Below are positions 10,064-18,257 of a stretch of DNA of 64,000 nucleotides, in pieces. The DNA comes from Limnohabitans sp. (GTDB lineage: Bacteria > Pseudomonadota > Gammaproteobacteria > Burkholderiales > Burkholderiaceae_C). The stretch's first letter is position 1, and each line of letters starts with the position of its first letter. The stretch covers positions 50,413 to 114,412 of the forward strand of contig CAXNMP010000004.1 of NCBI GenBank assembly GCA_964203565.1, in the 5' to 3' direction. The notes beneath the pieces were generated by a model. It did no database searches. It was not told the DNA's origin and saw only the letters and a list, made by a program, of their open reading frames with translations. Both the position numbers and the translations under genes were made by a program.

Positions 10064-10933
10064 TCAATAACCTGTGTTGGGTAGAGGGGCAAGCGTTGCT
10101 TGGGTACCAGACGGAATCTGACCACGTATCTCACCGCTTGTATTGGCAGCTGTGTGAACGTTGAAATAAAGACCGTTAGTAGTGAAGGCAGCAGCTTGAG
10201 CCTCAGTCAGCACTGTGCCAGCAGGAACGGCCCATTTTCCACCGCCTTGGTCTGTCAACGTAACGATTACTGAACCATTTGCACCGCTTGCACCTTGGTG
10301 AATGTGCGCAGCGGTGGCCGTTAGGTTAGTTAACTGAATGGACCCGATTAATGCACGTGTGGAAGTAACTATGGTGGCTATTCCCGTTCCTGACCCGACG
10401 GATGTAATAGGAGGGACTTCATTTGCACCAAGCAAAACAGATGAGTAAGTCACTGTTGGAATGGCAACAGACGGAATCTGACCACGTATCTCACCGCTTG
10501 TGTTGGCAGCTGTGTGAACGTTGAAATAAAGACCGTTAGTAGTGAAGGCAGCAGCTTGGGCCTCAGTCAGCACTGTGCCAGCAGGAACGGCCCATTTTCC
10601 ACCGCCTTGGTCTGTCAACGTAACGATTACTGAGCCATTTGCACCGCTTGCACCTTGGTGAATGTGCGCAGCGGTAGCCGTTAGGTTAGTTAACTGAATG
10701 GAACCGGTTAACGCACGAGTGGAGGTAAAGAGAGTTGCTGTTGCCGTACCAGATCCGATGGTTGCAACGGGGGAGACTTCGTTTACACCAGACAAAACCG
10801 ATGTGTAAGTCACAGATGGTTCACTGGAGCCACCACCCCCCCCCCCGCAAGCGGAAATGAACGTAATGACAATGCATAACAAAAAGAGATTTAGGCAATG
10901 AGTTTGAAAGGAAAGTGTTTTGAAGCTTGGCAT
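10064..10933 (-). CDS. Lipoprotein with two tandem CHRD domains
   Basis: Lipobox FISAC-GGGGGG; twice L.G.NEV.P...G.G...AAHIHQG..G.NG...LYFNVHTAANTSGEIRGQI. Confidence 0.9.
   Translation of the reverse strand: MPSFKTLSFQTHCLNLFLLCIVITFISACGGGGGGSSEPSVTYTSVLSGVNEVSPVATIGSGTATATLFTSTRALTGSIQLTNLTATAAHIHQGASGANGSVIVTLTDQGGGKWAVPAGTVLTEAQAAAFTTNGLYFNVHTAANTSGEIRGQIPSVAIPTVTYSSVLLGANEVPPITSVGSGTGIATIVTSTRALIGSIQLTNLTATAAHIHQGASGANGSVIVTLTDQGGGKWAVPAGTVLTEAQAAAFTTNGLYFNVHTAANTSGEIRGQIPSGTQATLAPLPNTGY
10108..10700. repeat. Intragenic direct duplication, period 360 bp
   Basis: 10108-10340 is nearly identical to 10468-10700. Confidence 0.9.
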
Positions 10934-11075
10934 AAAAAAGGTGTTTGAATTAATTTAACAATTTTACACTTGATTAATTAAGCCGTCATTAACCCCAATT
11001 TTGCAATGTCTTGATTTCGGAAGAATTTACACAAAATCTAGAGCACCTTCAAAAAACCAATTAGGACTGTCTGAT

Positions 11076-11210
11076 GAGTCGAACCTCTGCCCTCCTCTGC
11101 TAGAGCACCAGCGAGGGAGTCGAACAAGCGGGATTTCAAAGTTCAGTGTCCCTTCATGGAGTCGAACTTTGAGCTTTTTCGGTTCGAGTCCCGGTTATGT
11201 CGTCGAATGT
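11076..11210 (+). repeat. Phased 41-42 bp units (GAGTCGAAC-N14/15-GTTCGAGTCC-like); arm-only copy
   Basis: GAGTCGAAC at 11076, 11117 and 11159; degenerate TCGTCGAAT at 11200. Confidence 0.8.
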
Positions 11211-11239
11211 CAGAAGCATAATTTCAGGTCATTCGACAC

Positions 11240-11268
11240 TTGACAAAACGTATCAAAGATGGTACATT
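11240..11268 (+). promoter_or_regulatory. Sigma70 promoter of the TA operon
   Basis: TTGACA-17 nt-TACATT, 6 nt upstream of the ATG at 11275. Confidence 0.75.
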
Positions 11269-11274
11269 TTGGAT

Positions 11275-11616
11275 ATGAAACCGATATTGAACGCAAGTTT
11301 CTTCAGATCAGAAAGTGGCAATGAGCCTGTACGCGAATGGCTTAAAGCTTTGTCTGCTACAGAGCGAAGAATCATGGGTGAAGATATCAAAACAGTTCAA
11401 TTTGGTTGGCCACTGGGCATGCCTTTGGTTAGGCATCTAGAAGGTGGCATTTGGGAGATCAGGATCAAACTTGAAAACCGAATTGCTCGAATACTCTTTT
11501 GCCTCGAGGGCTCCACCATGGTGATTCTTCATGGTTTTATCAAGAAGCAACAAGCCACGCCCAAACAAGATTTGGATCTGGCCAAAGAACGTCTCAAGAT
11601 CTTGAAAAGGAAATGA
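11275..11616 (+). CDS. Type II TA toxin, RelE/ParE superfamily (Gp49/DUF891-like)
   Basis: FFRSESGNEPVREWL..IKTVQFGWPLGMPLVRHL..GIWEIR..ARILF..LHGFIKK.Q.TP..DL.LA. Confidence 0.9.
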   Translation: MKPILNASFFRSESGNEPVREWLKALSATERRIMGEDIKTVQFGWPLGMPLVRHLEGGIWEIRIKLENRIARILFCLEGSTMVILHGFIKKQQATPKQDLDLAKERLKILKRK

Positions 11617-11617
11617 C

Positions 11618-11905
11618 ATGTCAAAGAAAAACATTGGATCGAGTTTCGATGATTTTTTGCAAGAGGAATCCCTGCTTGAGTCCAGCACTGCTGTTGCCTT
11701 AAAAAGAGTTATTGCTTGGCAGATAGACCAAGAGATGAAAGCTCAGAAATTGACCAAAACTGAGCTCGCCAAACGCATGCACACAAGCCGTGCTGCCTTG
11801 AATAGATTGCTTGATGAAAACGATGCAAGCTTAACCCTAACCACTCTCGCCAGTGCCGCTGCGGCGTTAGGCAAGAAGGTGAACTTGCAACTAGCAGCGG
11901 CTTAA
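11618..11905 (+). CDS. XRE-family HTH antitoxin
   Basis: MSKKNIGSSFDDFLQEE..TKTELAKRMHTSRAALNRLLD; directly downstream of the toxin. Confidence 0.88.
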   Translation: MSKKNIGSSFDDFLQEESLLESSTAVALKRVIAWQIDQEMKAQKLTKTELAKRMHTSRAALNRLLDENDASLTLTTLASAAAALGKKVNLQLAAA

Positions 11906-11946
11906 CCAAAGATCAGTATTGCGCCAGTTAATTTTTTCATTTTGAA

Positions 11947-12415
11947 GTTCGAGCACCAGCGAGGGAGTCGAACAAAAGTGATTTCAAAGTTTAGTGTCCC
12001 GTCATGGAGTAGAACTTTTAGGAAATTTAGAACAAGCCCCAAGCCTAGCGTCTAACTTCTCGCGCGTAAAATGACTTCGCTGAGTGCAAATTTGCTTGTT
12101 TTGGCTGGAAAGTTACATAATGTAACTTTTGGGGTTATTACACGAAATATTACACGGTGACTATTTTTTCGCATAAGTCATTGATTTATATAGGTTTTTG
12201 ACGAGCCTGGCTTTCTGTTAATCCGTAGGTCCCTGGTTCGAGCCCAGGTCGAGGAGCCACCTAAAAAAGCATCGTCAAAAGCGATGTTTTTTCCTTTTAT
12301 ACGCAACAACTTGTCGCGTTGAGGGCCTCTGGGTGACTTTTTGCCCTCAAATTTCATCGAGTTATTGCACGTATATTACACGGTGGATGGTTCGAGTCAA
12401 GAGGCAGAATCAGTC
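11947..12415 (+). repeat. Full attP-like site, copy 1
   Basis: About 370 bp (12048-12415) is a close direct repeat of 21368-21722; contains the palindrome at 12109-12129, TATTACACG pairs at 12136-12156 and 12363-12382, and an IHF consensus at 12174-12186. Confidence 0.88.
12215..12259 (+). repeat. 3' half of tRNA-Asn(GTT) (att core; not a complete tRNA)
   Basis: CTGTTAA-TCCGT-AGGTC-CCTGG-TTCGAGC-CCAGG-TCGAGGA-G-CCA; no D-arm or 5' acceptor strand upstream; terminator-like hairpin follows. Confidence 0.9.
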
Positions 12416-12540
12416 GGCCCATAAAATATTCAAATGCCAAGAGACGATTCAACAAAAATCACCAGTGACGGCACTATGTGGAACGAACTTCGTAATTGGC
12501 CTCAATTTGGCCACGATAAGACTCAATAAGGTGCGACAAC

Positions 12541-12798
12541 GAACCGGCACCTTGGGTACCCAACTGGGATCGTCCATTATTTAGGCTACGAGGTTTTCTG
12601 ACACCAGAGGAAGGTACTCGTACAACATTGCACTGCGCAATTCATGCACCCCAAAAAGAGTCCGGCTTGTACTATGCAGACCCTAAACCGATGCAACCTG
12701 TAGCGCTGGGGCAAAATTCTGCATTAGCCGCTGAGCTTTGGAGGCTCAGTGAAGTTTGGATTAAACACAGCCATAACATTTCAAATCATCTTGGCTAA
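12541..12798 (+). pseudogene. C-terminal remnant of an SDR (retinol dehydrogenase/WWOX-like) gene
   Basis: Startless frame ..RPLFRLRGFLTPEEGTRTTLHCA..ESGLYYAD..LAAELWRLSE; upstream in-frame stops. Confidence 0.55.
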
Positions 12799-12966
12799 AA
12801 CTACTTAAGTGAGTAGGCTTAAGCTCGGGTCGGGAGTTGGGTATTGGCGACGGGCCTGCTGGGGGCTATGGACTTTGCCTGTATTGCATGAAACGCCAAA
12901 TCAAAGCTGTTGTGAAATTGACTTGCAGATGTCAAAGAATGAAGTTTTTGAAAAAGGAAACACCAA

Positions 12967-13944
12967 ATGAATATGAGCACAATTTGTCTCTGCAAACGCT
13001 GGTGCATGGCTGCGCTCTTGTGCGTAGCAGCCCAAGTTGTGGCGGCCCAGCCTTTTAGCTTTGTGGCCTTGGGTGACTTGCCTTACGGTCAGGCGGGCCA
13101 AGGATACGCGCCCTACAAATCGCTGATCCGTTCTATCAACCAAGAACATCCCAATTTTTCGATTCACATCGGTGACTTCAAATCAGGCTCTACGCTGTGT
13201 TCGGATGAAGAGTCCCAAGTGCAACTCGGGCATTTTGGCTTGTTTGACAGCGCCCTGGTCTTCACGCCAGGCGACAACGAATGGACCGACTGCCACCGCG
13301 CCAACAATGGCGGTCATGATCCCCTGGAGCGCCTGCAGGCTTTGCGTGCCACTTTTTACAAGCCGGGTTTGTCGATGGGTAAGCAGCCGCTGCCTCTGCT
13401 GAACCAGTCAGTGGCGATACCGGCATTTGCCAAGTTTGTAGAAAACCAGCGCTGGTATCACCAAGGCGTGGTGTTTGCCACGCTGCACATTGTGGGCAGT
13501 AACAACAACTTTGAAGTGCGTGACCCGCGTGCAGCAGCCGAATTTTTTGAGCGCGACAAGGCCAACATCGCTTGGATACGTGAAGCCTTTGCAAACGCCA
13601 CAAAGACACAGGCCAAAGCCATCGTGCTGACCATGCACGCTGACGTGTTTGAAGTCAAGAGCCTGTGGGAAGACTTTCCTGCGCACTCGGGTTTCCGTGA
13701 CAGCATTGGCGAGACTTTGCTGCCCTTGGCGGCGCAATCCAAAATCCCGGTGCTGTTGATCCACGGCGACAGCCATGTTTTCCGCTTTGACCAGCCCTTT
13801 ACGCTGAACAAAAAGCCAATCACCCAACTCACCAGGCTGGAAGTGCCCGGTGCCGGTGACGTGCGCGCAGTGCATGTGACGGTGGACTCCCGCCAACGCA
13901 ACCCCTTCGCGGTGCGCTTGTTGGAGCCAGCTGCCGCGCCCTGA
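12967..13944 (+). CDS. Secreted calcineurin-like metallophosphoesterase
   Basis: LGDLPY, IHIGDFKSG, TPGDNEWTDCH, LIHGDSH motifs; signal peptide. Confidence 0.82.
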   Translation: MNMSTICLCKRWCMAALLCVAAQVVAAQPFSFVALGDLPYGQAGQGYAPYKSLIRSINQEHPNFSIHIGDFKSGSTLCSDEESQVQLGHFGLFDSALVFTPGDNEWTDCHRANNGGHDPLERLQALRATFYKPGLSMGKQPLPLLNQSVAIPAFAKFVENQRWYHQGVVFATLHIVGSNNNFEVRDPRAAAEFFERDKANIAWIREAFANATKTQAKAIVLTMHADVFEVKSLWEDFPAHSGFRDSIGETLLPLAAQSKIPVLLIHGDSHVFRFDQPFTLNKKPITQLTRLEVPGAGDVRAVHVTVDSRQRNPFAVRLLEPAAAP

Positions 13945-14123
13945 TTCGCCAAGGCTTGTAGCCGATTTGTGCGACCATCGCGTCAATACACATGATGGAC
14001 TCGCCATTTACGATGCATCTGGTAGACAACCAGGTCGCATTGATGGAGATCTCGTTTACAACTCATCAAGCAGCCAAGTAGGTCGCATAGCGCCTAATCT
14101 CAGATGAAGGTTAACTTTGCAAT

Positions 14124-14525
14124 TTACGCAGACAGGTCAATCCTTGGTGATCCTGTATGACTGGCCAAAGACTCAGGTTTCTTTGAACTTGGCTGAGTAT
14201 TACTAACCGATGCATGTGACTGGAGTTGCCCGCCACGATTTTGCAGTTCCAAGCCAACGTGTTGCGCAGCATATACATTGCTGCTTTGCAAAGCAGCACC
14301 AAGCTTGTTCAGATAAGGATCTGCAGACACAGTGGGATCGAAATTGATCAAAGCAGTGAATGCCAGTCTTGCAGCATCCAAATCGCCCGCTTTTAAGGTT
14401 TGAAGCAAAGCCTGTAATTTTTGGCGACGACGTTGTTGCTTGTCACCCTGAGGCGAACTATTGCCATCCCAACGCTTTCTATTAGCGTCAATACGAAGCG
14501 CAAATGAAGTATCCATGACACCCAC
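14124..14525 (-). CDS. Hypothetical protein
   Basis: 133-aa helical ORF ending G.PRIDLSA. Confidence 0.6.
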   Translation of the reverse strand: MGVMDTSFALRIDANRKRWDGNSSPQGDKQQRRRQKLQALLQTLKAGDLDAARLAFTALINFDPTVSADPYLNKLGAALQSSNVYAAQHVGLELQNRGGQLQSHASVSNTQPSSKKPESLASHTGSPRIDLSA

Positions 14526-14792
14526 TCCTTCCGATCAATTTGGTCTGTTCCGCTACACCTCTGCTTTTATTAATTATTTAAGTTTCAAAATGAGTGATTG
14601 GTTGTCTCGTTTGACCTGATTTGAAAGGTTCAATAAAAATTGAATGTCAAGAGATCAACCAATCAATAGTCATCAAGCATAAAGAATGCCAAGTTGGGCG
14701 TGCGGAGATTGACAAGGTTAAAAATACGGTCAAGGTCATTAAGTGTTCACATAACACCTATAAAACATTGTTATCAACGTAGGAGGCTGAAC

Positions 14793-15128
14793 ATGGACAA
14801 TTCGGTTTCATCTATTGAACTGCTTGCTCGTCTCTTTAACCAATCATTACGCAAGCGGGGTTTTACCAGAGCCATACATAGGGCGATGAACCCTAGTGAA
14901 TGCACCGGAATCATGTATCAAGATTTCGGGGTTGTCGGTCTGGTCGTTGCAGGTGAATTGGCGCTTGAATTTTATGAATCAAGTCAAAGCCACGGCACTG
15001 GAGAAGAGTTCACACTTCCTGCAAATATCTATTTCCAAGCTACTGCCGGTGATGATGGGGCACAACTGCTAATTGCAAAGAAGCGAGCACACTTGGCAAG
15101 TACAACAGAATCGCTTGAAGAGATCTGA
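14793..15128 (+). CDS. Hypothetical protein, possible cupin-like fold
   Basis: AGGAGG RBS before the ATG at 14793; LVVAGELAL..GEEFTLPAN beta pattern. Confidence 0.55.
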   Translation: MDNSVSSIELLARLFNQSLRKRGFTRAIHRAMNPSECTGIMYQDFGVVGLVVAGELALEFYESSQSHGTGEEFTLPANIYFQATAGDDGAQLLIAKKRAHLASTTESLEEI

Positions 15129-15155
15129 TCAAACATTAACCAAAGGAGCCTGACC

Positions 15156-15443
15156 ATGGAAAACCAAGCCACTGAAAAATTCTCTGAATTAGTTGACGAG
15201 TACCAAGAAGAATTTGAAACACCAGCAGAATTGCATCGAATGGCAGCCTATCACTTGATGCAGGCCTCAAAGCAGCACGAGTTAGCCGCAGAGGCTTTTG
15301 AGAACGATGATCAAGTCACCTGCGATCTTCATTCCCTTCGTGCATACAAGCATGAACTCAATGGAAGGCAGTATTCTGAAATGGCCATGATGGATGCTGA
15401 CGATATTGATGACATAGAAGACGTTGAAGCTACACAGACATAG
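15156..15443 (+). CDS. Acidic His-containing helical hypothetical protein
   Basis: AAGGAG RBS; ELHRMAAYHL..KQHELAAEA. Confidence 0.6.
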   Translation: MENQATEKFSELVDEYQEEFETPAELHRMAAYHLMQASKQHELAAEAFENDDQVTCDLHSLRAYKHELNGRQYSEMAMMDADDIDDIEDVEATQT

Positions 15444-15466
15444 GCATCAAAAGATCTCTAAATTCA

Positions 15467-15760
15467 ATGAAGCGAGCCAGCAAATACGATAATCTTTTGA
15501 ATCCAATCAACCAAAAGAAAATTGACGATCTGTGCCAATCAATCAGTGAAAACTGTGACAGCCCCTTAGGATGGGAGCAATTAACCAAGCTAAGTGGCTT
15601 GACTCACAAAGAATTGATTGCTCTTTTTCAACTGTACAAACAAACAACGCCTATGGCGTTCATCAAACACGCTAGGCTTCTTAGAAAAATTGACTCACCG
15701 GTATTTCCTCAAAATCAACTTTTTCCAAAATCTATAAAAAATACAGATACGACAGGATGA
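15467..15760 (+). CDS. Short AraC-like HTH protein (single HTH)
   Basis: EQLTKLSGLTHKELIALFQ..TTPMAFIKHARL resembles AraC HTH1. Confidence 0.6.
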   Translation: MKRASKYDNLLNPINQKKIDDLCQSISENCDSPLGWEQLTKLSGLTHKELIALFQLYKQTTPMAFIKHARLLRKIDSPVFPQNQLFPKSIKNTDTTG

Positions 15761-15775
15761 ACATGATCACAACAA

Positions 15776-16864
15776 ATGAATGTGTTGTTGAGAGTTTTTT
15801 CTAAAACAAGACACACCCCTGCCATAAACAAATCTTTTAATGTGAAGTGTTTTTTAAAAAATACTCCCATGTCAGTTGAGTCAGTCTGTTCAGAATTCCA
15901 CCTAATCAATGATGGTGGTATCAATCGCAAAGTAGCCTATTCACGATTAGGTGAACTAAATGCAAAACATATTTTTTTATGCTTGCCGGGATTGTTAGAG
16001 ACGCGTGAGAGCTTTTATCCTTTGCTTGATATGGTTGAGCAATTTGATGATTGTTGCTGGATAAGTATAGACTACTGTGGAAGAGGAAATTCGGATCCAC
16101 TATCTTCTACTGCAAACTACTCATTCTCAAAATATCTTGCTGATACAGAAGATTTGATTGAGTCATTGATTCTGCCGCAGCAAGTGGATGCAAGTCGCAA
16201 ACTCCATCTGATTGGAACAAGTATGGGCGGCATTTTGGCAATGCATCTTGTGAATCGCTTAAGCCATAAGGTCGACAGCGTGATGCTTAACGATATTGGC
16301 TTTTATCTCCACTGGTCAGCTTTGATGACTCTTTACCAGAATATCAATCAATCAGACAACCAAATCGATAAATTAACAGTAGATGTGCGTGCCTTGGAAG
16401 CAGTACAAAGCAGCTCACACTTTGATTTGCCCTATGAATTTGATTTACTTGGAATGCGGTTTCACACTCTACTTCAAAATTTCACCGGCCGGGTTGTTTT
16501 GCTGCACAACGCTGAGAGCCCGATATGTTCATTGAACATAGCGAATCAATCCAAAGCAAAATTTCCAACCTTGAAGGTTTGGACCTTAGATAAGTCAGGC
16601 CACCCAGCCAAATGGGAGGAAAGTATGGTCGTAAAACTCTCTCAATTGATGAGGCTCAAGGCAAAGTCAATAGAAAATACAGATAGTCAAGTTTCGCTAC
16701 AAATACCTGAGATTATTCAATCAACAAGCGCCTTCGGTACGAGCTTCATTGAATCATTTCTTAAAACCAGTCAAGCCTACTTTGAATCAACTATTGAAGA
16801 TCCGAGACTTTGGTTCAACAAATTGGTAAAACGGATCAAGTTTTGGAAAGGATCTTATTCTTGA
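15776..16864 (+). CDS. Alpha/beta fold hydrolase
   Basis: CLPGL, DYCGRGNS, nucleophile motif IGTSMGG, LNDIG. Confidence 0.8.
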   Translation: MNVLLRVFSKTRHTPAINKSFNVKCFLKNTPMSVESVCSEFHLINDGGINRKVAYSRLGELNAKHIFLCLPGLLETRESFYPLLDMVEQFDDCCWISIDYCGRGNSDPLSSTANYSFSKYLADTEDLIESLILPQQVDASRKLHLIGTSMGGILAMHLVNRLSHKVDSVMLNDIGFYLHWSALMTLYQNINQSDNQIDKLTVDVRALEAVQSSSHFDLPYEFDLLGMRFHTLLQNFTGRVVLLHNAESPICSLNIANQSKAKFPTLKVWTLDKSGHPAKWEESMVVKLSQLMRLKAKSIENTDSQVSLQIPEIIQSTSAFGTSFIESFLKTSQAYFESTIEDPRLWFNKLVKRIKFWKGSYS

Positions 16865-16924
16865 CACTTTATGAAATAACCAATAAATTAAAACTGATGA
16901 ACAAAGTTTTATAAAGGAAGTGAT

Positions 16925-17560
16925 ATGAGGATAGCTTCATTCGTTGGTCAAAAAGGTGGGGTTGGAAAAAGCACCCTTGCAAGGGTACTTGCAGTGGCAG
17001 CTGCCAGACAAGAATACAAGGTTCTGCTGGGCGATTTTGATCTAGAGCAACTGTCTTGCATCGAATGGAGTGCTACCCGCTTGCGAAATGGTATTGAACC
17101 AGAGATAGAAGCACGTGCTTTCAAAAGTCTAAAAAAGCTTCGAAAATCTGTGGAAGGTTTTGATTTAGTGGTGGTGGACACTCGTGGTTTGGCCGATGAG
17201 TTAACCACAGACATCAGCCAAGAAAGTGATGTAATTTTCCTTCCAACAGGCACATCAATGGATGATCTCCGTCCTACCCTTGCCTTGGCAAGAAGGCTTT
17301 CCAAGAATCGTAAAATCGGCAATAAAATTGTATTAGTACTCTCAAAAGTAGGTCGCTCTGAACGCCTACTTGAAATCGCCAAAGTGACCATTGAAGAAGC
17401 TGGCTTCGAAGTGCTGGATAGTATTTGGCCAGAGAGAGATGGCTTTCAAGCAGACTTGGACATTGGAAAAGCCGGAAGCGAAGCTCACAATCCTTATTTG
17501 CGTGAAGCAGCTGAGTCGATTGAAGCTGAACTACTTCATATTGCGATCAATTCTAAATAA
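16925..17560 (+). CDS. ParA/MinD family ATPase (short type, no ParB neighbour)
   Basis: Deviant Walker A GQKGGVGKST, DFDLEQ, VVVDT. Confidence 0.85.
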   Translation: MRIASFVGQKGGVGKSTLARVLAVAAARQEYKVLLGDFDLEQLSCIEWSATRLRNGIEPEIEARAFKSLKKLRKSVEGFDLVVVDTRGLADELTTDISQESDVIFLPTGTSMDDLRPTLALARRLSKNRKIGNKIVLVLSKVGRSERLLEIAKVTIEEAGFEVLDSIWPERDGFQADLDIGKAGSEAHNPYLREAAESIEAELLHIAINSK

Positions 17561-17592
17561 GTTGTGTATGTATCAATTCGCCAATCAACATC

Positions 17593-18231
17593 ATGGTTGA
17601 ATTGATTGACCTAAACATAACTGATGAATTGCTTCGGGCGATTGTTGGTATTTTTGTGATTGTTGATCCTATTGGTTCAGTTGGCATTTTTTTGTCTGTC
17701 ACTAGCGGCTTTACTCAAATCAAAAAAGAAAAAGCAGCTCGTTTTGCAGGCATAACAGTTGCTGCTGTTCTGGTGATAGCCGCATTGATGGGGCAAGCAA
17801 TACTAGATCTCTTTGGAATTCGGCTTGCCGCCTTTTCAGTCGCAGGAGGGATTCTTTTTTTAATCCTGGCTGTTGAAATGATCAGAGGTGAAGGGGCTTC
17901 TCAGTTTCACAAATTGAGTGAACGACCTGAACAACTGCCGGCAGCTGCAATTGTTCCATTAGGCGTCCCTTTAATGGCGGGACCAGGAGCAATAAGTACC
18001 GTTATCCTTTCAAGTCCGGGAAGTGCTAATTGGTTTGAAACCACTATTCTCATTAGCTCAATAGCCGTGCTTGGCTTGGTAACGTGGTTGTGCTTTTCAT
18101 ATGCTCAACACATAGGAAAACTGATCGGAGATATCGGAATACAACTCATCAGCAGAATCATGGGTTTGATACTTGCGGCTTTAGCTGTCGAGTACATGGT
18201 GAAAGGTATACAGATACTGTTCAACCTTTAG
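17593..18231 (+). CDS. MarC family membrane protein
   Basis: IVDPIG, FSVAGGILF, IVPLGVPLMAGPGAISTVI, RIMGLILAALAVE. Confidence 0.9.
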   Translation: MVELIDLNITDELLRAIVGIFVIVDPIGSVGIFLSVTSGFTQIKKEKAARFAGITVAAVLVIAALMGQAILDLFGIRLAAFSVAGGILFLILAVEMIRGEGASQFHKLSERPEQLPAAAIVPLGVPLMAGPGAISTVILSSPGSANWFETTILISSIAVLGLVTWLCFSYAQHIGKLIGDIGIQLISRIMGLILAALAVEYMVKGIQILFNL

Positions 18232-18257
18232 ATTTGAGACATGCGGTCTCAAATAGT

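Noticed and set aside
11076-11210. CRISPR array (regular period, palindromic repeat)
   Set aside because: Only 3-4 degenerate units; the variable parts are about 14 nt and are shared between distant copies rather than unique; no cas genes in the window.
12050-12056. Integron attC sites (GTCTAAC fits RYYYAAC; GTT follows AAC in the units)
   Set aside because: No matching GTTRRRY at attC distance, the units are shorter than known attC sites, and there is no intI. The resemblance is noted but unsupported.
12109-12137. Xer dif/pdif site (..CATAA-TGTAAC-TTTTG..)
   Set aside because: The XerD arm TTATGTTAAAT is not matched, and other copies do not keep CATAA.
12215-12259. Functional tRNA-Asn genes at 12.2 and 21.5 kb
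   Set aside because: The 5' acceptor strand, D-arm and 5' anticodon stem are absent; these are att cores only.
12333-12584. 83-aa ORF from the track
   Set aside because: It overlaps the att right arm, has no recognisable motif, and a different frame carries the SDR remnant.
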